Positions 9,606-18,810 of a stretch of DNA of 42,329 nucleotides are shown one piece after another; within the stretch, counting starts at the first letter, position 1; each line of letters opens with the position of its first letter. A program made the translations under genes and the position numbers. This DNA is from Trichomonas gallinae. Lineage: Eukaryota. The notes below the pieces were generated by a model. The model ran no database searches. It worked only from the letters and a program-made list of their open reading frames with translations, and was not told where the DNA came from. The stretch is from positions 1 to 42,329 of the forward strand of contig MRSU01010877.1 in the NCBI GenBank assembly GCA_008369845.1, read 5' to 3'.

Positions 9606-10010
9606 ATGAGTAAAGCAATCAGATCTCAAGAGCACGAACTCAAAAATCAGATTTCACAGCTTGTCTCATCACAGGAAGTCTTCGAGCGTGTGATTAGAGA
9701 AGCAAAACAGACGGCATCAAAGAGAGCTGCTCATATTATTGACAAGAATCATCCAGAACCACCGGAAATTCCAAATATCAACGTTGAAAGTGATGAGCAA
9801 GATGAATATTTGCTCATTTTGGATTATTTGATTACAACCGGATGCAAATGGACAGATACAGTTCTTCGCTTTGAAAGCCAGCATCCAGGTGTTAAATACG
9901 ATCGCAAGGAGCTTTGCAAGAGGTTTGGTTTTCCAAAAGCTAGCAAACGCCCAATTCTTGTTCAGATAATCGAAGAGCGCCTTCAGCAGATAGAAGAGGG
10001 TGATGCATAA
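9606..10010 (+). CDS. LisH protein of the FOR20/FOP/OFD1/TONNEAU1 family (centriolar)
   Basis: ELKNQI helix, LisH LLILDYLITTGCKWTDTVLRFES, then DRKEL and PILVQII (the PLL motif). First ATG is 9606, with TCATTT upstream. Confidence 0.75.
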   Translation: MSKAIRSQEHELKNQISQLVSSQEVFERVIREAKQTASKRAAHIIDKNHPEPPEIPNINVESDEQDEYLLILDYLITTGCKWTDTVLRFESQHPGVKYDRKELCKRFGFPKASKRPILVQIIEERLQQIEEGDA

Positions 10011-10359
10011 ATTGTGTTCTAGCCATATATTTTTTCACATTATGTTTCTTTATTATTCAGATAGTAAATTGTCAACTTTTTATTGTTATCACTTACAATA
10101 TATCAATCTAACTTTCATATATATGCGGTTTCCGTAGTTAAAATCTAATTTTTTTGCATGAAAAATTATCTTGAACCAAAAATGTTTATTTCTAGTCTTG
10201 TAGCCTGTATTTTTATTTTTTAATTGTGAAATATATAATAGACAAGTATAAAGTATAAAATAAAACTATAAATATTTAATTTTGTCTATCGGTTACTGGA
10301 ATAAATCCACTTTTTGTTGTGCGAGAAAATTCTCAAACCAAAAATAAACGTACACTTTG

Positions 10360-12252
10360 ATGAGTGAAGCAGGCTTCTTGTCCGATACTTTCGGGCCGAG
10401 TGACTTTGCGCCTGGTGGAGGGCGTAGAAGCAAGTCGAAGGCTGCTGTTCAGATAAAACCACTTCAAATGCAGCAACAGTTGAGAAATCAAGTTCCGGTT
10501 ACGAAAATCAGCACGTCTCCTTATGGAGAATATACAACACTATACTTACTCATAACAAAATTACTTAATCTTAAGCTAAATAAGCGCAGAAGCTCGAAAA
10601 TTAAACTAAATGATTTACTAACAAAAGTTTTTTTAAGGATAAGAGTACATCCTGAGAGGCCAAAGATTCAAACAAACTTAGTTGTATGCGTTTCAAATGA
10701 TCCAATTATAAATTGCGGCTATGCTCTCGATTATTCACAAGTTCCACCGGAAGATATATCGAGATTTACTATTGCATTCGAATTATACACATCTACTACA
10801 GCAGGAGAGCAGCTTCTTGGCATCGGTTTGCTTCCTCCGGCTCTTGTTGAAGTCATCACAGTTGATGGAAAGCCTCTTAAATTTATCGCAAGAAATAAGC
10901 AAATTGAGTTTAAGAGCCCTATGCAGGAAGTCGTAGGAAGTGCAATTATCAGCGTTGCTCTTGGTTTCGAAATGCATCAAGAATTTTTCAAGCGGCAGCA
11001 AGAAAGCGGACCGGAAGCATTATTAAATGATGTTCCCCGCCAGCTTCCACCTCAGCAAATTCAGCCAGTCCAGCAATTTAAAGTTCAAGAGCCAATCAGA
11101 GAACAATACAACATAAACATGAACATCAGACAGACTGAAACTAACAGAGATCATGCAGTAGATGATGTCGATGAGCCAAAGAAGAAGAGAAGGAAAGTCG
11201 TTGTCGAAGAAGAGGACGAAGAAGAAGAGGAGGAAGAGGAGGAAGAAGAAGATGATGAAAGGCGCCACAGGAGACACAGAAGACATCACCACTCAAGGAG
11301 AAGGTTCGACTGGGTGCAGCAGGCGATGATGCTCGGATGGAAGCCTCCTGGCTACGAACAGAACTTTGACTGGAAGGAGAAAGCCCGCCAAAAAGGCTGG
11401 CGTCCGCCTCAGTCGCAAGTTCTCTCAAGCTATGGAGTGCAAACAGACACTCGAGACATCATAACGACAAAATCAGTCGAAGTCCAAACAGAGCCATTAA
11501 TCCCTGATACTCCTCAACCTGCGCGTGTTCAAACAGCGTCAAACTCACCAGAGAGCGAGAATTTGTTGGAATTATTAAGGGCTGTCAACGAGCCAGGCGT
11601 CTTAAACTCATTCTGCAGCGAGGAAGAAACGCCGTGCGAAAGCTCATCAGCCATTTCAGTCAAGGACTTGCACATGACGAATGTTCTGCCTATCTTTGCT
11701 GTAGAGCCAAACTCGTCAGCAATCTCAAGGTTCTTAAACATCAGCGATGACGACGATATCAATACAATCACAGAAAAGTTTGTTCCTCCTCCGGTTGTCG
11801 AGAAGAAAGAGCCACTCATTTCACTGAAGGACTCAGAGAGCAGCGAAGAAGAAGAAGTCCTGCCAAAGCGGACTGCAAAGGTCATCAGCGATGAAGGCAG
11901 TGATGACAGTGACATAGCAGCGCATAACATTCTCAAAAGGGCAGAGGATATACTAGGAAATGACAACAGCGATGACTTCCTCGGCGAGACGAAGAAAGCA
12001 ATAGAAGCTGTCAGTGATGATGATAGCGACAGCGATGACAGTGCGTTCTATCAGCAGCTATTGAGCCACGCGTCTAAGGAGCCAATCAGAAGACCGATTA
12101 TATGCGACGATGACGAGATTCGCTCGGCAACTGCTAATCTCACTCAGTCTATGCTGTCTAGTGACGATGATATTGGTATGGGAAGCGATGATGACACAGA
12201 CAGTGACTGTGATCATGTTATTTCAGTCTTACAAAAGAAAGGTGTGATTTAA
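10360..12252 (+). CDS. C2-domain protein (C2CD3-like C2) with acidic disordered C-terminus
   Basis: C2-type strands FTIAFELY...EQLLGIGLLP...VGSAIISVALG; poly-Glu and His/Arg tract; ATG at 10360. Confidence 0.6.
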   Translation: MSEAGFLSDTFGPSDFAPGGGRRSKSKAAVQIKPLQMQQQLRNQVPVTKISTSPYGEYTTLYLLITKLLNLKLNKRRSSKIKLNDLLTKVFLRIRVHPERPKIQTNLVVCVSNDPIINCGYALDYSQVPPEDISRFTIAFELYTSTTAGEQLLGIGLLPPALVEVITVDGKPLKFIARNKQIEFKSPMQEVVGSAIISVALGFEMHQEFFKRQQESGPEALLNDVPRQLPPQQIQPVQQFKVQEPIREQYNINMNIRQTETNRDHAVDDVDEPKKKRRKVVVEEEDEEEEEEEEEEEDDERRHRRHRRHHHSRRRFDWVQQAMMLGWKPPGYEQNFDWKEKARQKGWRPPQSQVLSSYGVQTDTRDIITTKSVEVQTEPLIPDTPQPARVQTASNSPESENLLELLRAVNEPGVLNSFCSEEETPCESSSAISVKDLHMTNVLPIFAVEPNSSAISRFLNISDDDDINTITEKFVPPPVVEKKEPLISLKDSESSEEEEVLPKRTAKVISDEGSDDSDIAAHNILKRAEDILGNDNSDDFLGETKKAIEAVSDDDSDSDDSAFYQQLLSHASKEPIRRPIICDDDEIRSATANLTQSMLSSDDDIGMGSDDDTDSDCDHVISVLQKKGVI

Positions 12253-12606
12253 TAAAAATGTTTGTTTTTTCTATTATTAATAATATTATATTCAAATCAA
12301 AAATAGATCTAGAACCGAAATTCCAAAAATAATTTTCCAAACATATTCTTGAACAATGTTAAGATATGCATTGGAATGCTTTACGATAATGGGTCAATAA
12401 ATAATGGGATTTTCAGCTGATAAAATATAAGTTGATTTGAAATCCAACTCAAACACATTTTTATAAAATATAATTTAGATATCTGTGCTAGTTTGACACA
12501 GGAGGTTTATGAGTATGAGTATGGGGAGGTTTATGTGGGGTAGGTGTTTTTGAGTGGTTGAGGTCTGACAGCGAGTATAGAAAATTTTTGTCAGTTTTAA
12601 AATTTT

Positions 12607-13179
12607 ATGACAGCTGGAACACCGGTAACACTGGTTGTTTTCGGAGCAGGCGCTGTTGGCAAGTCAGCGATGACGATTCGCTACACTGTTGGCGATTTCA
12701 TCTCAGATTACGATCCAACTATCGAAGATTCTTATTCAAAAGATATAACAATAGATGGAACAACATACAAATGCGAAATTTTGGATACAGCTGGTGAAGA
12801 AGAGTTTAATCAAATGAGATTGCCGTACATTAGAAAAGGAAACGCCTTTTTATTAATTTATTCTATCGATAATAGACCATCGTTCGACGAAATAGAACAT
12901 CTTCATGCAGATATACTTCATAACAAAGGAACTACAGATGTGCCAGTCCTTATTTGCGGCAATAAATGTGATATGGAAGAATCTCGTCAAGTAAGCTATG
13001 CAGAAGGTGATGCTCTTGCACAGCAGCTTAAATGCAAATTTATGGAAACATCTGCGAAATTGCCAAGAAATATCCCAGAAGCTTTTGAAACAGCTGTTCG
13101 TGAATATTTATCACGTGTATCTCCGCCAACTCCTAAAGAAGAACCGGTGAAGAAGAAGTTTAGATGTCTGCTTATTTAA
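12607..13179 (+). CDS. Ras-subfamily small GTPase, prenylated
   Basis: GAGAVGKS, effector loop YDPTIEDSY, DTAGEEEF, NKCD, ETSAK, polybasic KKKFR and CaaX CLLI. Confidence 0.95.
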   Translation: MTAGTPVTLVVFGAGAVGKSAMTIRYTVGDFISDYDPTIEDSYSKDITIDGTTYKCEILDTAGEEEFNQMRLPYIRKGNAFLLIYSIDNRPSFDEIEHLHADILHNKGTTDVPVLICGNKCDMEESRQVSYAEGDALAQQLKCKFMETSAKLPRNIPEAFETAVREYLSRVSPPTPKEEPVKKKFRCLLI

Positions 13180-13220
13180 TAAATCTATTTTTTCAAAATT
13201 TTCAAACTCTTTTTCATCTT

Positions 13221-13352
13221 GTCACTTTTGCAACGATTGCTCTTTAATTTTGTCACTTTTGCTAATTCTTATTATTTGGCACTTTTGTAAATAAATGATT
13301 GACACTTTTGATATTGGCACTTTTAGTTTGTCACTTTTGCACCGGCACTTTT
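13221..13352 (+). promoter_or_regulatory. Array of seven G(T/G/A)CACTTTT motifs ending 2 nt before ATG 13355
   Basis: Copies start at 13221, 13252, 13278, 13301, 13316, 13330 and 13344. The motif is the reverse complement of the AAAGTGAC core-promoter motif of Trichomonas vaginalis and contains the initiator TCACT. Confidence 0.8.
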
Positions 13353-13354
13353 CA

Positions 13355-14071
13355 ATGTCACAGGACGGAAGAAAGGCACAGATAAGAAGTCCGAACGAGG
13401 AAACAGAGAGAATTATTATTGAGCTCAAGAAAGCATCCAAGGAAAATATCAAAGCTTTGTCTCGCATTTCTATTTGGAACTCAATTTTCACTGACTGTCC
13501 ATTAATTGCCGAAACTAAAATTAGAGATCATTTTAATAATATAATTCGCAGACACTTGATCGGTGTTACATCAGCACAGAGATTTTTGTTCGAACTTGCA
13601 GTTTTCATGATTGATTTACCAGAAATATTCACAGAATTAATCGACCACTTCCCACCGGCTTATGCTATAGCTGGAAGAATCGCATATCGCGCAACAATTA
13701 ACTCTCTCGAAAAGAAGCCGGATGATGCTGAGCAAAAATTACAAGAAGCAATCAGACGAGAAATGGCTTCTCCACCAAAGGAACTTTTGCAAAGCATTAC
13801 TCAAAATGCACAGCAATCTGAAAATTTAGCAAAATTTGTGCAATCAATTAATCCAAATCAACAAATTCCGAAATCTGTTATAGAAGCAATATTAAGATGC
13901 CTATCTCCACCAGACCGTATCCGTTATTCAATTATGTACGGTGTTCCACCACCAAAAATTAATTTAAACTTAGAATTACTTGCATTACCACTTGAGTTTG
14001 TCGAGGCAATTTCAGACATAGAAGGAAAAGATGTGGCTGAATTTTTAGTTGATCCTGATGATTATATTTAA
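13355..14071 (+). CDS. Hypothetical alpha-helical protein (238 aa)
   Basis: ATG 13355 directly follows the motif array. The upstream ATG 13295 lies inside the array. The gene ends in TAAA. Confidence 0.8.
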   Translation: MSQDGRKAQIRSPNEETERIIIELKKASKENIKALSRISIWNSIFTDCPLIAETKIRDHFNNIIRRHLIGVTSAQRFLFELAVFMIDLPEIFTELIDHFPPAYAIAGRIAYRATINSLEKKPDDAEQKLQEAIRREMASPPKELLQSITQNAQQSENLAKFVQSINPNQQIPKSVIEAILRCLSPPDRIRYSIMYGVPPPKINLNLELLALPLEFVEAISDIEGKDVAEFLVDPDDYI

Positions 14072-14537
14072 AATATATATTTTTGTTCAAAGCAATAAAA
14101 GATAAATATATTACATCCAGCATACATTTAAAATATTATATATACATTCGTTATCTAATTATAAATTATCGAAAACCAAAAATAATCTGAGTTACTAATA
14201 AAAAAATAATCTATGATATAACAGTTTCACTTTTTGCTATATAACAATGGCATTAAATTAAATATTAACTTGCTATATGATTTCAATTTTAATAAATTCG
14301 ATGTTTTTGGCCATAGATATTAATGATATATTAAAAACTGAAGGTCTAAAATCTATATCCAAAGAGACAATATCTCTTTTCGTGATAATATATTCAACAA
14401 TAGAAAAATACCTCAGATAAGAGCCCCAGTCTAACGCAAAAAGTGAGCTATTTGTTGAAAAAAGTCTAAATCTAGAGTTTCAGGAAGAAATAACAACCAA
14501 ATAAAAAATAAAAAAAAATTATCGTAAAATCGTGTTG

Positions 14538-16295
14538 ATGTCAGGGAAGGATTCACCCTTTACTCAGATTCTCGAGCAAGCGACATCTGAATTCACGCAG
14601 TTCGCGGCTCAGCTTCCCAAGGGTGCAATTGGTCTGTATCCTAAGAATATGGAGGGTTTTTTAATGAGACTTATCAGCTTTAATGTCATGAAGAAATATT
14701 TCGTAGAACTTACGGACGCCGAAAGTTGGTCTCCAAAGGCACCAACAGGCTGTGTCGTCGCATTCACGCCAAATCACCCAGACTACTTGAAAAGAATTTT
14801 AGATAAGTTTTCTGCGGCTGCAGAGTATCAAAAACATGTTTTGATCATGCCAAGATACGGTGAAAGATGCAGGAATGTAGTTAAAACATCTGGTTTAGAT
14901 GGACAATTAAATATCGTCGAATTTCACGCAGATATGGTTCCTGTTGAGCCTTACGAATTTCTTGTTCCAGCTCCAGAAACATTTAAGAGGCTGTACATCG
15001 ATGGAGACATTGATGATTTATTCTTAATCGCTCGCTCAATTGTAAAAATCGAAATTTTGCACGGCATGTTCCCGGAGGTCGTTACATTTGGTGACAACTC
15101 TGAGAGAATTGCGCACCTCATCCAGGAAATGAAGGCCCAGATCGGCCTCGGCGCTTTCCAAGCTCATCCGACTTTCCACAAAATCATTGTTCTCGATAGA
15201 ATCGTTGATAACATGACTCCTCTATTGACCCAATTTACTTACAATGGTGTTCTTGATGAAACCCTTAATCCATCTTATGGTGTACTTAATCTCCCTGAGG
15301 ATGTAAAGTCAGAGAACCGCCAGATCATTGTCAGCGATGCCGACCTTGCTTTCAAAGATATCCGTGGCCTCAAACTCCCAGATGCCAACGCCTTCATCGC
15401 GAAATGCAACGAAGAAATGAACAAAATCACACATGGTGAAGTCCTCAAGAAAGGTATGGAAATGGCCAAGTTCAAGGTCCAGGCCCTCCGTGCCAAAAGC
15501 CTTGCTGACAGAAAGCCATTCTTCGCCCTCCACCTCGAGATTATGTCCCACCTCACTCTCGCCAAGGCCAACGACGAGCTCTTCAACGAGGCCATCTCGT
15601 TCGAACTTGATTCCATCCTTGGCTTTGAGCCGCCACTTGACCTTGCAAACCGCCTCATGAGGTACGACGAGCACTGGTCTGAGGCATTGAGACTCTACTG
15701 CATCGCCTCTCAATCTTGTGGTGGTCTTCCAGGCAACATCATCATACCATTCCGCAACAAGCTCATTGCCAGATTCGGCCTCGCCTTCGTCAAGTATCTC
15801 GAGCAGATGGAGAAGATTGGCCTTTTGACACAGCAGAGGACACTGCTCTTCGTCCCAATCCCCAACCAGTTCTCATTCAGGAACACAGCCTCCTTGTTCA
15901 ACCTTCTCCCGAAGAACACCGACGAGGAAGTTGTCAAGCAATTCAACGAGACAGACATCGGCTCATTCTACGATGGCTACATCCCACTCACAGCCAGACT
16001 CGTCCAGCACGCGACAGATGGTCCGATCAAAAAGTCGAACATGCTCAAGATGTTCGACAGCCTCAACATCAAGTACAAAGTCAAGACAGTCGTCGACCAG
16101 CCTTTCGCTGAGGAACCTGATGTCAAGAAGATCCTCGTCTTCATCATCGGTGGCATGACATACAGCGAGTCCATCGCCATCAGAGAACTCGGCAACAGAA
16201 TATACCAAGGCACCGTGGAGTACTATATTGGAAGTACGTCAATCATCTCTGCAAACAGATTCCTTAAGGAAATGTGCCCAATTCTTCCGGATTAA
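14538..16295 (+). CDS. VPS33: Sec1/Munc18-family protein Vps33
   Basis: IIVLDRIVDNMTPLLTQFTYNGVLDE, SFYDGYIPLTARLV, LVFIIGGMTYSESIAIREL; strongly biased codons in the 3' half. Confidence 0.9.
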   Translation: MSGKDSPFTQILEQATSEFTQFAAQLPKGAIGLYPKNMEGFLMRLISFNVMKKYFVELTDAESWSPKAPTGCVVAFTPNHPDYLKRILDKFSAAAEYQKHVLIMPRYGERCRNVVKTSGLDGQLNIVEFHADMVPVEPYEFLVPAPETFKRLYIDGDIDDLFLIARSIVKIEILHGMFPEVVTFGDNSERIAHLIQEMKAQIGLGAFQAHPTFHKIIVLDRIVDNMTPLLTQFTYNGVLDETLNPSYGVLNLPEDVKSENRQIIVSDADLAFKDIRGLKLPDANAFIAKCNEEMNKITHGEVLKKGMEMAKFKVQALRAKSLADRKPFFALHLEIMSHLTLAKANDELFNEAISFELDSILGFEPPLDLANRLMRYDEHWSEALRLYCIASQSCGGLPGNIIIPFRNKLIARFGLAFVKYLEQMEKIGLLTQQRTLLFVPIPNQFSFRNTASLFNLLPKNTDEEVVKQFNETDIGSFYDGYIPLTARLVQHATDGPIKKSNMLKMFDSLNIKYKVKTVVDQPFAEEPDVKKILVFIIGGMTYSESIAIRELGNRIYQGTVEYYIGSTSIISANRFLKEMCPILPD

Positions 16296-16395
16296 GCAAC
16301 AACTCTTGTCTTTTTTTTATATTTATATATCTTCATATAAAAACATGCTTTTATTTTTTCAATCCAATTTTTTATCACAAAAAGTTTTTTTTAGA

Positions 16396-17676
16396 ATGAA
16401 ATTAACTATTTCGGAAGATCAATGGGCGTTCATCCCAGCCGATGAACCTGTTGACCTTCTGCGTTATCTGCCGGTCGGCGTGCAGTTCTACTTCTATATT
16501 TTCGTTATCTGGTCCGTTTGCTGGTTCGCATGTATGATTTGGTACTGCGTTAGGATTCAAAGCTCAAGCATACAGATTAGGTCGCCAATTTTGACATTGC
16601 TGTCATCTTTTGGTGCAGAAATTACGCTTTGTTACAATCTTTTACTCACGGTTTTTACAAATAAGCATTTTCCGTACTTTATCCTCATGTGGTGCCAATT
16701 GATTTTCTTCCAGCTAATGTATATTCCATGCTTCCTTAAGTATATGCGCTATTATTACTCCATGTATCAGATGGAAAAATGGAAAGACGGGCTTGTTGCA
16801 GATCCAAAGTCTTCAATTCTCATCATGGAATGGTATTGGATCGCAGTTCTCGGTGTAATCTTATCAATTTTATCGGTAGTTGGAATTGTATATCAGTTTT
16901 ACACTGCTAAAAGCTTTATGTCTTCGTACGGCTGCAGGTTGGAGATAATTACACTGATACCCATTATAATAGTTTATTCTGCTTTCTTTATTGTTGGAAT
17001 TTTCTTGCTCTGTATTGGAAAGAAAATCTCTGACCCATACAGACTCAAAACGGAATTCATCACCACATTTATTTTTTATGTTATAACTCTCCTTCCAGAG
17101 ATAATCATCTCAGGAATCAATGTTAACTATGTCGCAAGTTATATCGGATTTCTTTTGGTTTTTGTTCTCGTCTCCCAGATCATGAATCTCGTGCGGCCTA
17201 TACATTTATCATATCTCCGTCCTCCTCAAAAGAACTCAAGGAATAGAATTTTGGATACAATTGATGAAATTATTCTTGACCCAGAAACATATCCACTTGT
17301 CGAACAGATCGGTATTGAACACGAATCTTCAGAATGCGTGCCATTTATTAGAGAAATTCTTAAATATCGTTTAATCAATAACCAAGTCGAGCTTGAAAGG
17401 CAGGCTAAGTATATATTTGAAGAGTATGTTAAGCCTGATTCGCCACATCAGAATAATCTTCCTCATACAATGGTCAAAGATATCGAATCAAGAATTAACG
17501 ACCCAACAAGCGACTTATTCAATGGTCCATATAGAGAGATCATGAAGCTTCTCAAAACAAACTTCTTACCAGAAATTAAATTGCTTCCTGAATATGCTAA
17601 AATCCTTCGTGAGCGTGAAATGAAGGCACAGCAAGAACGAAAGGCTGCATCATTATTACTCAAAGAAGAAAAATAA
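16396..17676 (+). CDS. Seven-transmembrane RGS protein (7TM-RGS)
   Basis: About seven hydrophobic segments followed by an RGS box (EHESSECVPF...AKYIFEEYVKPDSPHQNNLP...DLFNGPYREIMKLLKTNFLP). Likely start is ATG 16396. Confidence 0.88.
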   Translation: MKLTISEDQWAFIPADEPVDLLRYLPVGVQFYFYIFVIWSVCWFACMIWYCVRIQSSSIQIRSPILTLLSSFGAEITLCYNLLLTVFTNKHFPYFILMWCQLIFFQLMYIPCFLKYMRYYYSMYQMEKWKDGLVADPKSSILIMEWYWIAVLGVILSILSVVGIVYQFYTAKSFMSSYGCRLEIITLIPIIIVYSAFFIVGIFLLCIGKKISDPYRLKTEFITTFIFYVITLLPEIIISGINVNYVASYIGFLLVFVLVSQIMNLVRPIHLSYLRPPQKNSRNRILDTIDEIILDPETYPLVEQIGIEHESSECVPFIREILKYRLINNQVELERQAKYIFEEYVKPDSPHQNNLPHTMVKDIESRINDPTSDLFNGPYREIMKLLKTNFLPEIKLLPEYAKILREREMKAQQERKAASLLLKEEK

Positions 17677-17763
17677 TTATATATTTTATTTTTGTTTGAT
17701 TTTTCTTTTAAAAAAAGAAATTATTTTGTGTTTATTTTAAAATCTCTATATTTATCTATACGT

Positions 17764-18153
17764 TTATTGAGTGTTAATTACAGAACGGCAAATTGGGCAA
17801 TCATCATTGCTCCTAAGCCAATGGTAGATGCAATTACCATGGAATGTATGTGCACATGGTAATGTTACAACAGTTTCTCCCGCAGAAATAGCATCTTGAC
17901 AAATTGTGCATTTTTCTGGACTGCCTTTATACTCATAAGGTATGATTCTGTCTAAAGCAGCACCAGATGACTTTCTATCAACATGATAATCATCTATATG
18001 CTGATTTTCAATCGAAACGCCCGCATTTTCTTCGTAATCATACGTGTTAGCTTGCTCAATGTACTCATTGTAGCAATCCACACAATATTTGTCGTCGTAT
18101 AAGTTTGTGAAAACACCGCAGTTGACGCAAAGACCTTCTTCGCCTGCAGTCAT
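17764..18153 (-). CDS. RING-H2 E3 ligase with N-terminal CxxC..CxxC zinc module
   Basis: CTICQD...LPCAHTFHGNCIYHWLRSNDDCPICR; N-terminal CVNC...YCVDC; ATG 18153. Confidence 0.9.
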   Translation of the reverse strand: MTAGEEGLCVNCGVFTNLYDDKYCVDCYNEYIEQANTYDYEENAGVSIENQHIDDYHVDRKSSGAALDRIIPYEYKGSPEKCTICQDAISAGETVVTLPCAHTFHGNCIYHWLRSNDDCPICRSVINTQ

Positions 18154-18212
18154 TGTCACCTTTTTGATTTTGTCACTTTTGGAAAGCACAAAATTTTTGT
18201 TTCAAAAAAAAA
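18154..18212. promoter_or_regulatory. 59-bp bidirectional promoter
   Basis: Lies between divergent ATGs; contains GTCACCTTT (18155) and GTCACTTTT (18172). Confidence 0.7.
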
Positions 18213-18497
18213 ATGGCTAGAAAACCTATGCCTGAGGAACTGATGAAGATATTCTTCCAGGGCGTGCAGGAGAACCCTGACGACCACAAAGCTGAGTGGA
18301 AATCTGATGTTGAATTGAGACCGGCAAGACTTGGGCTTGGTGCTGATCCAAATAAAGCGAAAAAGACTGCCACAACGAAGCAGGAAAAGAAGATTGAACA
18401 GATGATCAAAAAAGATCAAGAGGCAAAAATGAAAAATGATGAATCATCTTCATCTGATGAAGGTGAATCTAGAGCTAATCTTGGAAAGAAGAAATAA
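18213..18497 (+). CDS. Small Lys-rich protein with RPARLGLGA motif (possibly DUF3245-like)
   Basis: ATG follows an A-run; coding-like codon use; motifs ELRPARLGLGA and SDEGESR. The family assignment is weak. Confidence 0.75.
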   Translation: MARKPMPEELMKIFFQGVQENPDDHKAEWKSDVELRPARLGLGADPNKAKKTATTKQEKKIEQMIKKDQEAKMKNDESSSSDEGESRANLGKKK

Positions 18498-18673
18498 GAT
18501 GTATTTCGATTGATTTTTAGCTATATTTGATCAATATCAAATTAATTATTATATTTATTGATCCATAGTCAATAGAATAGAGTTTTATACAGAATAGATT
18601 GTTTTAATTCATATTAATAAACTTTTTGTTATATTTATTATTTTTGATTATCAAATAATAGTATTTGATTGAG

Positions 18674-18740
18674 TTAAAATTGCCTAGGCTTCACCTGCTG
18701 AAGAGGCGAGATGTCCTGATCTGAGCCGAGATAACTTTAA
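18674..18740 (-). other. GC-rich imperfect stem-loop in an AT-rich spacer; candidate structured RNA
   Basis: On the minus strand, TTAAAGTTATCTCGGCT pairs with AGCCTAGGCAATTTTAA (15 of 17, two G.U). An inner stem CATCT/AGGTG closes the loop CGCCTCTTCAGC. Confidence 0.4.
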
Positions 18741-18810
18741 AGTAAATAGAATGGAAAAACGATTTTTTTAGGAAAAAAAAGTGAAAGATTTTAGTTGTCA
18801 CTTTTCTAAA

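Noticed and set aside
13221..13352. CRISPR-like repeat-spacer array
   Set aside because: Repeats are 9 bp, spacers are uneven (5-22 bp), there are no cas genes, and the same motif occurs singly at other promoters.
16228..16395. N-terminal extension of 7TM-RGS overlapping Vps33 (likewise 30902-31033, 34338-34421, 38171-38230)
   Set aside because: These run through AT-rich spacer or promoter motifs; the downstream ATGs have better context.
18680..18735. Hammerhead ribozyme (CUGAAGA-GGC...GCC-GAGA) or TPP riboswitch (CCUGAUCUG) on the plus strand
   Set aside because: GAAA is GAGA, there is no NUH cleavage triplet, stem III is weak, and the rest of the TPP consensus is absent.
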